Shown: piece after piece, positions 12,892 through 25,738 of the stretch
Layout: every line of letters starts with the position of its first letter
How positions within the stretch are numbered: position 1 is the stretch's first letter
NCBI RefSeq assembly: GCF_006345805.1
Contig: NC_043000.1
Location: forward strand, 62,496,001 to 62,560,000
Length of the DNA: 64,000 nt
Source: Octopus sinensis
Lineage: Eukaryota
Direction of reading: 5' to 3'
Translations under genes and position numbers: made by a program
Notes under the pieces: model-generated
What the model was told of the DNA's origin: nothing
The model's database searches: none
The model's input: only the letters and a program-made list of their open reading frames with translations

Positions 12892-14343
12892 CACTGTGTC
12901 ACTGTATCGCCCAGGCTATCAGATGTTTTTTATACATCGCTAGTTACGATAAGTTTCCAGTTCTTTCTTCATTGCGTCATTCTTTTCCATCTTGTTCCAA
13001 ATCATTTGATTAAATCTTCTCATCGTTGTAGATGTCTTCCAAGTGGCCTTTTCCTATCTCTTGGATATCACTCGGTAGCTGCAGGGATCCACCTGTTGTC
13101 TGTGAACCTTGCGACATCTCCGGCCAAGCGGAGTTTGTACTTTCGGTATTCTGCGATCGCATTGTTCACGCCACTACGTTCTCGAATTGTCTAAATTCGA
13201 ATAAGCTCTCGTAGAAAAGGTTGGAAATAGATGGCAAGGAGAGAAATATGTTGGAAAATATGGATTGGGAAACGAAAGAGATCGTTTAGTTAACATGGAA
13301 GCGGCAAGAATACTAAACATTGAGAACAGTCTATTCAGGAAGCAATCTGGAGCCGCGCAGTATAAAAGTGAGATTGACTAAATGGTGGTCGACAAAGAAA
13401 GAGAGAAAAGCTCTACACATCTCAATGAAGCCTCAACGCTTAAGGCCTTCGATGGGACGCAGTTGCAGAATGCTATCAAGAGGAAAATTTGGAGTCAACT
13501 TGAAGAGCTTGATGAGCACTACAATTCATTGGTCCAGAAAATTATAGTTGTGTGTAGAGGATGAGAATTGCAATCTAGCAGGACCCTGACAGAAGAGACA
13601 AAGAAAATGTTTAGAGAAACGAAAAAACTATGAGGGGTAACATGAAATATAGCCCAAAGTATTCCGTTCTCTGCAAAGCTATAGCTTCGAAATGAATGCA
13701 TTGCTGAAATCTCTAAAAACGCAATGTCGAGGCGCAATACACAAACTGCTCAAAGATGCGAACTCAGTATGCACAATTGACATAGCTCTGCCATCACCAC
13801 CAGTAAGAGTTCCAGTTCGAATGGCATCAAACAAAGAGGTCCAATCTCGCTAAAGCTCTCTACCGTATGTCTAGAAATGGTCATCATGGACATTTTCTGA
13901 GCAGATAGAGTGAACATTAACTGCGAGCTACTAACACATCTCCAATTCGCAATTTACATTGTACCCAACGCAGAAGTCACAAATCAGCTGCAGACCATAC
14001 TGACAGAGCTGGACACCCAGTAGGCCTTAAAATGAACCACCTCGAAACAAAAAACCACGCGGTTCGAAGATGTAGCACAGGGCCGAATAGAGGTTGGAAG
14101 CGATGAAATGGAGGAGGTAAAGGAGTACATCTACTTAGGGCACAAAGTGGATATACGCCGAGCTATAGATGCTGAAATCTCGATGAGAATAAGGGTTAGT
14201 TAGAAGGTGTTTACCTCAATAATAGATGTGCTCAAATCAGAAGTGGTCAATACCATACGTGCCAAACTTTTCAATAGCACCATCCTACCTGCGCTCCTAT
14301 ACGCAAATGAGATATAGGTTACTACGAAGAAGGAAGATTATCG
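12892..14343. mobile_element. 5'-truncated RTE-clade LINE with internal inversion, flanked by a 12-bp TSD
   Basis: 3' end on minus (13210 to 12892: IRERSGV...LAGDVARFTDNRW...PRDRKRPLGR); RT segment on plus (13215-14343: VGLKMN-like, EYIYLG, LFNSTILPALLYANE). TSD ATATTCTATAAT at 12880-12891 and 14344-14355. Confidence 0.85.
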
Positions 14344-15959
14344 ATATTCTATAATAGGGATTCAATGTATAAACTACTTTTTACTGTTCATTATTCTTAA
14401 GGTAACTGGCCCACATAATTTCATCCTATTTCTATACGGGAAATTTAATTACACTAGTGTTGTATATGATAACATTTTTTAACTGCAAATCCTACCATTC
14501 ACCGTAAAATTTTCTAAATTTATCACGTATTGTTCTTATGAATTAGAATAAGATTAAATTAATATGAAATATTTTGTAAAATTAATTTATATTAATGAGA
14601 TGTATCCACCAATTCTCAGACATTAGAAAAAGTTTGTTCGATTTTATATCAACTTCTAAAACTGAATGAAATCGATTTTTACGAGATTTTATCCCAATTC
14701 ACATTTGCAACAGAACCACGTTAGGTTTTTTTTTCTCTTATTGTAAGGCTGTGTTCACTAGTAGTAGTAGTAGTAGTAGTAGTTCTTGTTCTTTACAACT
14801 ACTACTAGAATCAATCAACAGAATTTTAACTCAGAATTAAGACAAAACAACACGAATTAAATACAGTTAAATCGTTTAATCCTGCATATTATCATCTTTA
14901 CCCTGTTCGCCATCCAGATTTTACACGTCGTTAATTGACCACTTCCCAAATTTAGTTCAGCTCTCTAAACACAGCTCCAAACATTTTATTCACCATTGCG
15001 TCTGTATTGTAAAGTAATAAAATAATGCTACTTCAACCAATACTAATCAATGGATGGACACTGACTTACTAGAAACAGCAGCCAAACTTGCACAAAATCG
15101 CATTCTACCGTTTTAGAAAAAAAATTCAGACACATTAGACAGTGCGGTCCCACATGCAATGTCTTTACATGAAAGACGAAGTAGTCACAGCTGGAACGCC
15201 TATGGAAATAGCTAACATCGAACCAAACAGCAATTTGCAGTAACATTCCTCTCCAAGCAAATCATTGCAAATAAGAAATATAATTCATATAATTAGCAAT
15301 TCTGAACAAATTCGAACGAAGACAAATTATAACATTTATGTCTACATTCTTGCTTTAGTTTCGTGGTGCTTCGTTTTACTTTGGGTCTTATGCAATCGTT
15401 GTTACCGTCGTCGTCGTCGTTATCATCGCCGCTATTGTCTCTATTACTGTTTTGTTATTTTTATATTCATTGCTCTTCTTCGAAGTTAAATCACGGCCGC
15501 AAAACTTTAGAAAGTACAGTAATAAAGTCAGCATTTAATTGCTCTGTTGCTATTCTTTAATAAACTGATATTTATTCATTTCATAAAAATTATTTTCTAA
15601 GATTCACAATAAGCTTTCTTGCTATCAACTGTTTCCTACACCCACAATAACCTTATAGTGATTTTATCTGAACTTTATGACAGCTGCATCATCAGTAATT
15701 GATTTGACTTCTTTCAGCATGTAACAAGGAAGTTGTTGCTTGCTACTTCTTCCCGCCAGCTGGCTGTAAATGACAGTAAATTGAACAAAGCGAGGTGGAT
15801 CACGGAAAGTGAAACGGAAAACTGTTGTGTTTAAATATTTACAAATATTCATTTAGAATATCACAAATGCAAGCCATTTAAAGGTCTGATTCGATTTTGT
15901 TACCAAATTCTAGCAAAATATGTATCACAAAACTTTGCCGCGTGAAAATCAATAGACAT

Positions 15960-16048
<89 letters not shown>

Positions 16049-16050
16049 AA
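15960..16050. repeat. (GATA)n microsatellite; another at about 25590-25680
   Basis: Direct reading. Confidence 0.95.
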
Positions 16051-16294
16051 AATAAATAGATAATGTAATATATAGGTGTTTAACATATTGGAGGTCTGTT
16101 AGATGAGACGTTTTATAGAACATTAGTTGATAAAGAACTCTATATGAAATGTGGAGTTACATGCGTATTCTTCATTTAAAAACAAACATTTATAAATTTT
16201 CTGAATGTGAAGGACATTGTGTGTGCGTGTATGTGTGTGTGTGTGAGTTGTGTGTTTGCATGCGTGTATATATATATATATTTTTTTTTTTCTT

Positions 16295-16519
16295 TATTGC
16301 CCACAAGGGGCTAAACACAGAGGGGACAAACAAGGAAAGACAAAGGGAATAAGTCGATTACATTGACCCCAGTGCGTAACTGATGCTCTATTTATCGACC
16401 CCCGAAAGGATGAAAGGCAAAGTCAACCTACGGCTGAAATTGAACTCAGAACGTAACGGCAGACGAAATACCGCTAAGCATTTCGCCCGGCGCGCTAACG
16501 TTTCTGACAGGTCGCGGCC
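16295..16519 (-). mobile_element. SINE family A copy
   Basis: Reverse complement of the family A head (GAAAGGCAAAGTCAAC...TTGAACTCAGAACG...CGCTAACG). Confidence 0.7.
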
Positions 16520-16533
16520 TTATATATATAAGG

Positions 16534-16624
<91 letters not shown>

Positions 16625-16639
16625 GCGCGTGTCCGTGTG

Positions 16640-18900
16640 AATCTGCATACTGATACAAAAACCCGCATGAGCCACAGTAATTCGATTTTCTCATCCATCT
16701 TTCATTACATTTATCGAGAGAAACTCTCCTTCTATACAGTCACATTCTTGTTCAAATGGTACTTGAAAAAGTTGATGAGGGAATGACCTGAGACAAAAAG
16801 TTCTGTCCGTTTCTTACCAATTTAAAATGCTGATGAGCCTTCATTCAAGATAGACTTGGCTGACATCCAGATCGGTCCTAACCTATATTTAGTTGAACCA
16901 AAGCGCGGAGAAATGGTTTTGTCGCTCTCTGTTAATCTCAGCATTGACTGGAGGCATGAATACAGAGCTTGTACCAAAACTGTAATTTACACAGCACTAC
17001 TACCAAACTATTGTATCTTGTAAGTTTGCCGGAAGAGATTGCTCAGTTGATATTCATTGAAATTCAACATATCCATCAGGACAACGTTGTTCATATCCGC
17101 TTCCTGTTTTCTGTGGAATGTAAGGTTGTTATCTTGCTACCTACATTCTCCGGTTTGACCCAGGAGAGAATCTCAGTAATAGAGAGTTGTGGAAAGAGAG
17201 CAATACCTATTCACTGTCTCGGAATAGAAATAAATTAACTGGTGACTCCTTTTGGTCAGATACGGTCTACGTAAGACGCGGAGATGAGGTGATTATTCAT
17301 TGCAAAAGCGATTTAGACGTTCGCTAGCTCTACCCGACTTCTCAGACTCTCAACGTGTTTTTGAGTAAGTCAAGCAAGTCTGGCTTTAACTGCGTCTCAA
17401 TTTCTTACACCCTGAGGTGTGAACACATCTAAACCCCAAACATTTCAACCAGACCTTAAGTTCAGTGGATATGTATCTCCATAAATCGAATGACTTGTCA
17501 CTTTATTAATGCGTACTCCCATAACTACTTCATATTCATTAAATTTGACGACCATCCTGACTTCCATAATGTCTGACAGCATTACTAAGATGGCGACTGC
17601 GTTTAAAAACATAGCTCTCTTTTGTCTCTCGATAGAGGCCTCTGTTCTGGACGGCTTTACTAGCAATTAATGAGGACTGTGTGGAATCGGCCACACAACA
17701 GAGGTTAAGTGGTAACATTTTTACGAGTACTTTGGCCAAAATCTTTAGCATTGATTTTAACACAGACATTAAGTTGAAATTACCAGCAACCTCCGAATTT
17801 TCTGCATCCAGCCTCAGCAGTTCTTCCCCACATTTCTCATGCAACTAAGAATTATTTTAGTTTGCTTGAAGCTGCAACAGACGTATGCAATAGCGAACAA
17901 GTCTGGTATGTGACTATAATGTTTGTTTGGCGTACAATCCAAATCGCTGTTTTGCCCCTTGCACATTCACTTAGTACCTCCCGTAACTCATATGTCGTTA
18001 ACCTTTTACAACACTTTACTTCTCCTGGTAATAGTTGACCCTAACCGTCGAGGTTGGTAAGAAAGTCCACTCTCTTTAGTTCATTGTTTCCTTATTAGGA
18101 CTAATATACTGGTCTAATATTTCTCTTTTTATTAGATGCTACATATGTTGCTAATAGTAGCACCCGACACATTCAGCTTAAATTATTCGCTAATCTAATC
18201 CTTGAAAGCTTTCTGTACTCGAAAAACCTGTTGATCTTCTGTTAACCATATCTCTTTCTACTAACCAAGCAGACCATGAATTTGGGGGTATTTTTCACTA
18301 AGTAACCGAATCTGTTGCAACTCGAATGGTTTTTCCGGGTTTGCATTTTCAGATTCGGGAAATTTAGATGTTACCTCTCAGACAGTTGGAACTGAGTAGT
18401 CTTCGAGATTTTGCAACATTTGTCTCGTTCTCACTGAATGCCTACATGCTTCCAATATGCCACTCTAGTCAACTAATGCCACTAATGAGTACTGTGTTCT
18501 AAGATATGTCTCAAGGTATCTGAGACATCACGTGCCCGGGCGTAAACAGTACTAGCTTGAAAACATCAGTGCCATCGTTGTTTTTTTACATCCATGACCA
18601 CCAACACCGAATCAAGAAGTATCGTGCTCATCTCTAGACCCAGGTTTTTCTGAAACAGTCCTACCATGCCGTTAAAAGTTGGCTACTCGAAAGAGGTCAA
18701 AAGGATGACCAGTTGATATGTTTCGGAAATTCTGGTCTCGCGGATGGCGTTTGTGCTTGTTCCTGCATATCGGGTTGCATATGAATGTAGTTCGGTTTTT
18801 GGAAAGGGCACTTCTGTTCTATTTGCAAGATTTGGCTTTAGAAGTTGTTTTTTGTTGCTGCTGTTGCTCTTTCTTATCAGTATACTGAGTGTTATTGTAT
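16640..18900 (-). mobile_element. Highly degenerate L1/Tx1-like LINE remnant
   Basis: Minus-strand APE-like traces (VYA., LVD.SGIL) at about 18450-18560 and a C-terminal-like TELFVSGHSLINFFKYHL at about 16740-16800; many stops and frameshifts. Confidence 0.45.
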
Positions 18901-21571
18901 TTCTCATACGGCTGTTGCTACTATGACATTTTTTGTTATTGGAGTCAGAGGTGTTAGGAACGACAAAAAGCGATCCTGCAACAAGTATAGCTTATGAGCT
19001 TTTTTTCAGCTATCATCCACCACTCACATTCTTCAGAGAGGTAAACTAAAATTTGCAGGTGCATAGGACTCTGTAAGCAATCATGTTCTACTTTGTTAAG
19101 GAAGGATATTGAATCCCATAACCTCCTTGTACTGGCTAAGCATTGTCATCATCTTCCAGTACTGCATTTATAGAAACACATTCCGGTACAGTTCATACAT
19201 CTTCCAGGTATTTCTATGTCTATTTTAGAGTTAGTTATTGTAAGTTTTCATTCTATGTTATCGGTGCGTTTATACAGTAGGGTTCTCACGTGTGTTACTC
19301 ACTTCATCGACTGACACAGTCATTATAACAAGATGTGCATTATCGCTTTTCTGCTTTTTGATGGCGTTGCTTTTGCTTTCCAGTGGTGATGAAAGGTAGA
19401 ATCTTGCAGTTATTTATGTTATTGTAGTTGTTTTGTTGTCGGTAGTAGTGTTGTTCTAGATACGATATACCTCAAAATAAGACGGGGTGGTCACGGCTGA
19501 AGTACTTCTTCATGTCTGATCTGTGACTAAATAACAACAAAAAGAAATAATGTTGTTTAATTTCACCTCAACTTTTATTGAGTCAACCAATGTTCAAGTT
19601 CTTTCTAGACATCACCACAGGTGTTTTTGAGAATAGTGTATCTAGGACTGCATTACTTTAACAGATGGAGAAGTTCCGTTGAGTCTCTTCAATAGATTAT
19701 AATTCATATCGTTGTTATTGTTATGGAGAAGTCTTTCCACCAAGGGATATTTGCCTTCTTCCTATCGGGTCGTTAAAATGAGTACCAGTCAAGTACTTTG
19801 ACCGATGTAATCAACTTCCCCATCCCCTCAAAAACTACTGGTCTTGTACCAAAATTTGAAACCATTATTATGGAGAAGTCTTGGTCAAGTTTCTTTATCA
19901 AAAAAGCATTTGATCGGTATTCTAACTTTTAACCATTCTATTGTGAAATATCAATCCTTACATATATGGTTTTAGAAATATACGTTTACTTACTTAAAAG
20001 ATCTTGGAAACAATGTTAAATGAAATTCAGGATACTACATTGAGCAAAGAAAAAGTTAGAGAAGTTCTTTTTGGAATAGTAACTGAATGTTTCCAAGCAC
20101 ATATGTTTGAATTTCATAAAACTATCTTTGAAATATATTTGGCGAATACAACACCAAATGATTTCCACTGCAGAAAGTATATAGAATATTTGCTCGAAGA
20201 CAGGGGTAAAAAATCGTAAAAAGATGCACGTTAAAAAAAATTGATACAATATGGTATATTTAATGTAATTTACTAGCAAAATATGTGTTTTAGTATGTGT
20301 ATGTAAACTACAAAATTCATACATTTATACCAACAAAGCTGATATACTTCTCTTAACGTTTTCACACCTAGCACCATTTATTTGAAGTTGGTAAAAACAA
20401 TTTTTTCTTACATGAAGTAAAATAAGGTAAAAGCAAACTGGAAAAAAATTTGAATCGAGTAAAACTTTGAAGGGAAAATAATATAGAATGTTATATCCAT
20501 GAAAACGAAAACATGAAATTTGATCAAATTATTTTAAGATGCAAAAAGAAAATGATAGTTATGGAAAGAAAGTTGGCATAAGACGAAAGAGGAACATAAA
20601 TGTTTTACGGTTGGAACAGTTTACAGCTAAAATATAAAGAAGCATTAGTTGCAGTAAACAAAATGTCTTTATCAATATTAGAGAGACAAGGGAGTGGTGA
20701 GTTGTTGATAAAAACTCAATGGTTTTATGTTGTATGGCAACATATAACATGAATGGATGTAAAAATCGACTGACTTAAAATGATCGTGTTGCTGATTTTA
20801 CTAGTCACAAAGACGGAGTTGGAGAATGAAATGATATTCTACAACAAACAAAAAACAACCTGAGTAACAGAACCGTTAACAAGACTGTAATTTGGAGTAG
20901 CGAAAGAACACAAAGCATTCCTGCCAATTGTTAGGCTTTAATGTTGGGGAAAAGATATCCAGAATACGAAGCTGTATTGTGTTGTTGCATTTTCAACTGA
21001 TCTTCTACGTGTGGTATGATCATTTGATATGTAAATGTTATTATTGTAGTAGCATCACTAAAGACATTAAATAAATGGAGTAACTGATGCTTCTGTGTTT
21101 TGTTAGGTATTTCAGATGATATTCATCTTTATACTCTTGATAAAATGAGTAAAAGTTAATTATTCTTTCACACAAGAACATTTAACAAGTTCTAGATATA
21201 TTCACAACTTTTGGATATATGTCTTAATACTCGTTTCTTTTGATAAGAAGAAAAGTTTTATCAATCTGTTGTTCTGGAGTGAAGTAATTAATCCATTGAA
21301 CCTACTCCAGTGTATATTACAGAATATTTGACAGAGAGATTTTGTAGTCACCTGATTTGCTAAAAATACAAGGCAAATAAAACCAAATCTCACATTAAAT
21401 TAATTTGGACATAGTGGATAATATAGTCGTAGTTACTTATAGAAAGACGGGAGAGTCATGATTGGAATGCTGTTGGTCATATATATATGTTAGTTTATAT
21501 ATATATATATATGTGTTTACACATAAATATATATAGATATTCATATTTACACATATATGTATATATGTTTA

Positions 21572-21614
<43 letters not shown>

Positions 21615-21693
21615 GGTCCCGGGTTGAGTCGGGGTTAACCACAGTAAATAAGGTACTCAATACATAGCAGAGTAAATTAATTTATTTTATAGG

Positions 21694-21744
21694 AGCTTCT
21701 ACAGGACTAGAACTGTTTCATTCAAAAGAAATCATCAGGAAGCT
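21694..21744 (-). ncRNA. Type I hammerhead ribozyme (tandem unit 1)
   Basis: Minus: AGCTTC CTGATGA T-TTC-TTTT-GAA-T GAAA CAG TTCTAGTC CTG TA GAAGCT; 6-bp stem I, closed stem III, GUA triplet; stem II weak with a U.U closing pair. Confidence 0.7.
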
Positions 21745-21934
21745 AGGTGACAAGAATAGTTTTGGCATTTATACATTTAGGCAGGTTTAAAGGGGTGATG
21801 GTGGGGGACTTTTTGGGGTAGGCATGGCGCAAACTATCATTCTTAGGGGAGTGGTCAAAGGAATCAGTGATAAAGTAGATAAAAGAATAAATAGAATAAT
21901 AGAGTTTTAGGTAAATAAGGAGACTCTCACTTAT

Positions 21935-22005
<71 letters not shown>

Positions 22006-22082
22006 GTCCCGGTTGAGTCGGGGTTAACCACAGTAAATAAGGTACTCAATACATAGCAGAGTAAATTAATTTATTTTATAGG

Positions 22083-22133
22083 AGCTTCTACAGGACTAGA
22101 ACTGTTTCATTCAAAAGAAATCATCAGGAAGCT
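22083..22133 (-). ncRNA. Type I hammerhead ribozyme (tandem unit 2)
   Basis: Identical to 21694-21744, 389 nt away. Confidence 0.7.
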
Positions 22134-22329
22134 AGGTGACAAGAATAGTTTTGGCATTTATACATTTAGGCAGGTTTAAAGGGTGATGGTGGGGGACTTT
22201 TTGGGGTAGGCATGGCGCAAACTATCATTCTTAGGGGAGTGGTCAAAGAATCAGTGATAAAGTAGATAAAAGAATAAATAGAATAATAGAGTTTTAGGTA
22301 AATAAGGAGACTCTCACTTATACACACAC

Positions 22330-22385
<56 letters not shown>

Positions 22386-22446
22386 TTGTAATACAGGGTT
22401 AGATCAATAATAATTTTACCAGGTAGTCAGTGCGTAAATAAAAATC

Positions 22447-22495
22447 TCATAGGTAAATTTTACGAATTATTTTATAATTATATACATAGTTATAA

Positions 22496-22544
<49 letters not shown>

Positions 22545-22680
22545 CATTATTATTATTATTATTAATGAAGTAATTAAGGGCTTTAGCGTCTATTTCTCGT
22601 AGTGCGTGGTGAGGCCTGAAGCCTATCCTTGTTATAATTATGTATATAATTATAAAATATTTTGTAAAATTTACCTATGA
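22447..22680. repeat. Inverted repeat (about 49-bp arms) around (ATT)n, next to a hammerhead-like motif
   Basis: 22447-22495 vs 22632-22680 are reverse-complementary. Confidence 0.75.
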
Positions 22681-22692
22681 AGTGAGTTACTC

Positions 22693-22731
22693 CAGACTGA
22701 TGATGAGCAATAACTATGAAACTAGTCTCTG
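22693..22731 (+). ncRNA. Hammerhead-like motif with disrupted stem II
   Basis: CAGA CTGATGA TGAGCAATAACTAT GAAA CTAGT C TCTG; intact core, palindromic ACTAGT stem III, GUC triplet, 4-bp stem I. Confidence 0.45.
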
Positions 22732-23008
22732 ACTGCTGGCTTTGCTGGGTGGAGGTTCTTATCTCTCCTATTTGAAAAGATAAAGACACAAAACGCTTGT
22801 GTCACATGGCCAGCTGGAAACGGTGTTTCCTGAAGCTAAATAGCAGTAGCATTTTTACCTTTCCTGGGACTGCCACATTAATTGGCAAGAAACCATCACT
22901 TTATCGTGCTGATACTGTATAAATTTCTCTGAGAGATTTAGAGATGTAATATTTCTAATTTTATACATATTTATATTTATATATATTCATACACACACAC
23001 ACACACAC

Positions 23009-23079
<71 letters not shown>

Positions 23080-23169
23080 ACTTCCACATCTATATCGTGT
23101 AAGTTTCTCAATTGTTTTGACAGAGCACTGAAGTGCTGTGGTCATCTGAAGCTTAGGGTATTTCAGTTC

Positions 23170-25250
23170 CTTGTTTTTATATTAGGTGCATTAGACGGTT
23201 CCTTCGGTACTATGCAGTGGCGTCCAGTACGAACATCCATATAACACTTGATGCCAGAATTAGGTACTAGCCCTTCCCTATTTTCCACATGTAAATTATA
23301 ACACATCTATCACGTGTGCACTCTAGGGAGTAGAGTCGCAGTTCCTTCAGTATCTCCCTGTAGTTCATCTGTTGGACTGTAGCAATCCTTTTAGTGCAGT
23401 GACGCTGGATTGCTTCAAGCTCAGTTTCTAGCTTGACACTCTGTCAGTAGTCTAGGTGACTGAGAACAAATGTCTTCCATAGAGTCAAGATGACCTCCTG
23501 ATCTCTTGTCCTGAATATCCTTAGTATCCATCCCCCCAGTTGCCTGCACCTTGCTGCCAACTTGATAATGTGCATGTGAAAGTATGCCTCATTACACATA
23601 CTGATGCCCAAGTCTGTCACTGTTCGTGAATCTGCGATTGCACTACTTCCGGGTCCCGTAAATGCCGGTTGTGGAGTAGTTGTGATCTTATAGCGCAATG
23701 CTTGGAATTTTTCAGCATTTAATTGCATATTGTGTTGCTCTTCCCACTTGTATATTGCATTTAGGTCGTTCTGCAGGTTTACGACATTATTAGGATACTT
23801 TATTGCCTGAGAAAATGTTGTATCATCGGCGTAGCTAGTGACAGTGGAATGACTGGAATGACCGTGGGCATGTCTAAGAGGGCTTCTATAAACAGTAATG
23901 TAAGGTCCGAGGAAAACTGTTGACACCCACCCAATCAGGAGGACTCAAACCATATCCAACCTAAATTTTCACGAAGCAAACCGAAAATTAATCTGTAAAG
24001 AGATCCACAATCAAAACTGGACCCACAGTCTGTCTATACTAGACAATGGACAGTATGTTGTACATACAATTACATCAATTTGTTTTATGTGTGCTATTAA
24101 AGTGTCGCAGGCTGAGTTTGAATCTGACAACAGTACTAGGGGTGTGACATCTTCACGGATGTACATGGCAGCTCCTCCATGTCTTCTATCTCTTCTGTCT
24201 GTTCGAAATACGCATACTCTGGTATGTGTATTTCCGCATCTGCTATATTAGATGTTAGATGCGTCTCTCTAAGTGCCATGCATATTTCTTGATTGCATGC
24301 AGCAAGGTCTTTCAGGTAGAGAAATTTTCTATGCTACACGTTCGCAATAGGCCCCAGATATTCAGTTGGAATATGGGTGTGATATTTGTGCAGGAGTTAC
24401 CGGTGTTAGGGGTGGCCGTCCTGGATCCATCATCTGTGGTGGTCTCGGGCATTGATTTGTATGGCTTTGATTCTGCATCCTTTGTAGCCACGTTAGTTGC
24501 CGAACTATTTTCTGGGCCATGCTTAAAAAAGCTTGTTGTTCAGTAGCTGCAGTTCGCACAGCCTCTGCATATTGCCTTTTATGAGAAATAGAGGGTATGT
24601 GTGAACTCTTTTCCTTGTGAGACCTGTTGGTTCGTGTTGGTGGATTATGGGTTCGTAGGTCCAAGATTTTTGGTTTCCACTTTCTTTTGTCGTGGATGGT
24701 TAGCCTGCTTGTTATTCTGGTGGTGTTTGCGATAGGCAAATTTGCCAGCAGGTGCCGTTCATGTAAAATTTCTCTATGCCAGCAGGTGCCATTCATGTAA
24801 AATTTCTCTATGCCAGCAGGTGCCATTCATGTAAAATTTCTCTATGCCAGCAGGTGCCATTCATGTAAAATTTACAGATAATCTGTTTCTTTGTATAGGT
24901 TCATGCTTGGGTTTGGGGATTGTTAATGTTCAAGTTTTCCTAGCTGATTTGTCTGTTTTCTTATCTGTCTTTTAGTCTGGTACTGTTCTGACTATATTCA
25001 CTACAGCCATTTCAGAACCTTTTGTAGTTCTGGTGGCATTTGCCTTCTTTGTGTCATCCTGGGTTTCAGCAGAGCACACAGGGTCTTCATGGTCCCGTAT
25101 GCAGCCTTTTCGCCTCTAGGTCAAGATGTGGCTTTATAAGATCATAGGAGCGTATGAACTCCTGTTTCTTCCGCTCAATCTGGGCCATGGACCTGTAGAA
25201 ATTAAAGCTATCCAGGGTCTCTGCTATTAGATCATATGATGGTGATCCGT
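23170..25250 (-). mobile_element. Degenerate, internally deleted CR1/Jockey-group LINE (ORF1 remnant, APE fragment, RT C-half)
   Basis: ORF 23444-23926 has SYADDT...LQNDLNAIYKW...LNAEKFQ...DLGI...GWILRIFRTRD; APE-like AEIHIPEYAYF.TDRRDRRHGGAAMYIRED at about 24150-24240. Confidence 0.8.
24743..24873. repeat. 34-bp tandem repeat, about 4 copies, inside the LINE ORF1 remnant
   Basis: Unit TGCCAGCAGGTGCCATTCATGTAAAATTTCTCTA, contiguous with no spacers. Confidence 0.95.
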
Positions 25251-25594
25251 CGGCCAAGCTCCATGCTTAAACAAAAAGACGAATTTTCTCAAATTGCCAG
25301 TTTCGACGCATCATTTTTCTTTTATTAGCCTCAATTTGGCGCTGTACAAAGCTTCGTCTGCTTGTCTCCATAATATACGATTATTACTTTAATATAGAGA
25401 AATAATCGAAGGGAAAGGGATAAAGATAGAAAAAACGAGTACAAAGTATAATTGAGAGAAGAGAATGTTTACTATATAGAAACATAATAAAAATAAGAGA
25501 AAAAGGAAAGATCAGAGAGGCAGAAATAGGATAAAATACGATAAATAATATAGATAGATGGATACATAGATAGAAAGAAAGAAAGATAGCTAGC

Positions 25595-25682
<88 letters not shown>

Positions 25683-25738
25683 AAGATAAAACTTATTTGG
25701 AAATAGATGCGTTGCGTTCAATCATATAATATAAATAA

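Larger units (their letters stand above)
21612..22325. repeat. Head-to-tail tandem dimer of a unit of about 389 bp (unique part plus (TA)n), each unit carrying a hammerhead
   Basis: Unit 1 starts GTAGGTCCCGGGTTGAGTC at 21612, unit 2 at 22002; the copies differ mainly by single-base homopolymer indels. Confidence 0.9.

Noticed and set aside
16824-16870. CTGATGA-GCC...GGC hammerhead candidate
   Set aside because: No GAAA after stem II and no stem I or III partner; lies within the L1/Tx1-like remnant.
24743-24873. CRISPR-like array (34-bp repeats)
   Set aside because: Contiguous units with no spacers, inside a eukaryotic LINE.
25290-25375. Minus-strand CAGACGA...GCGTCGAAAC hammerhead-like trace
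   Set aside because: Core mutated and stem pairings not demonstrable.
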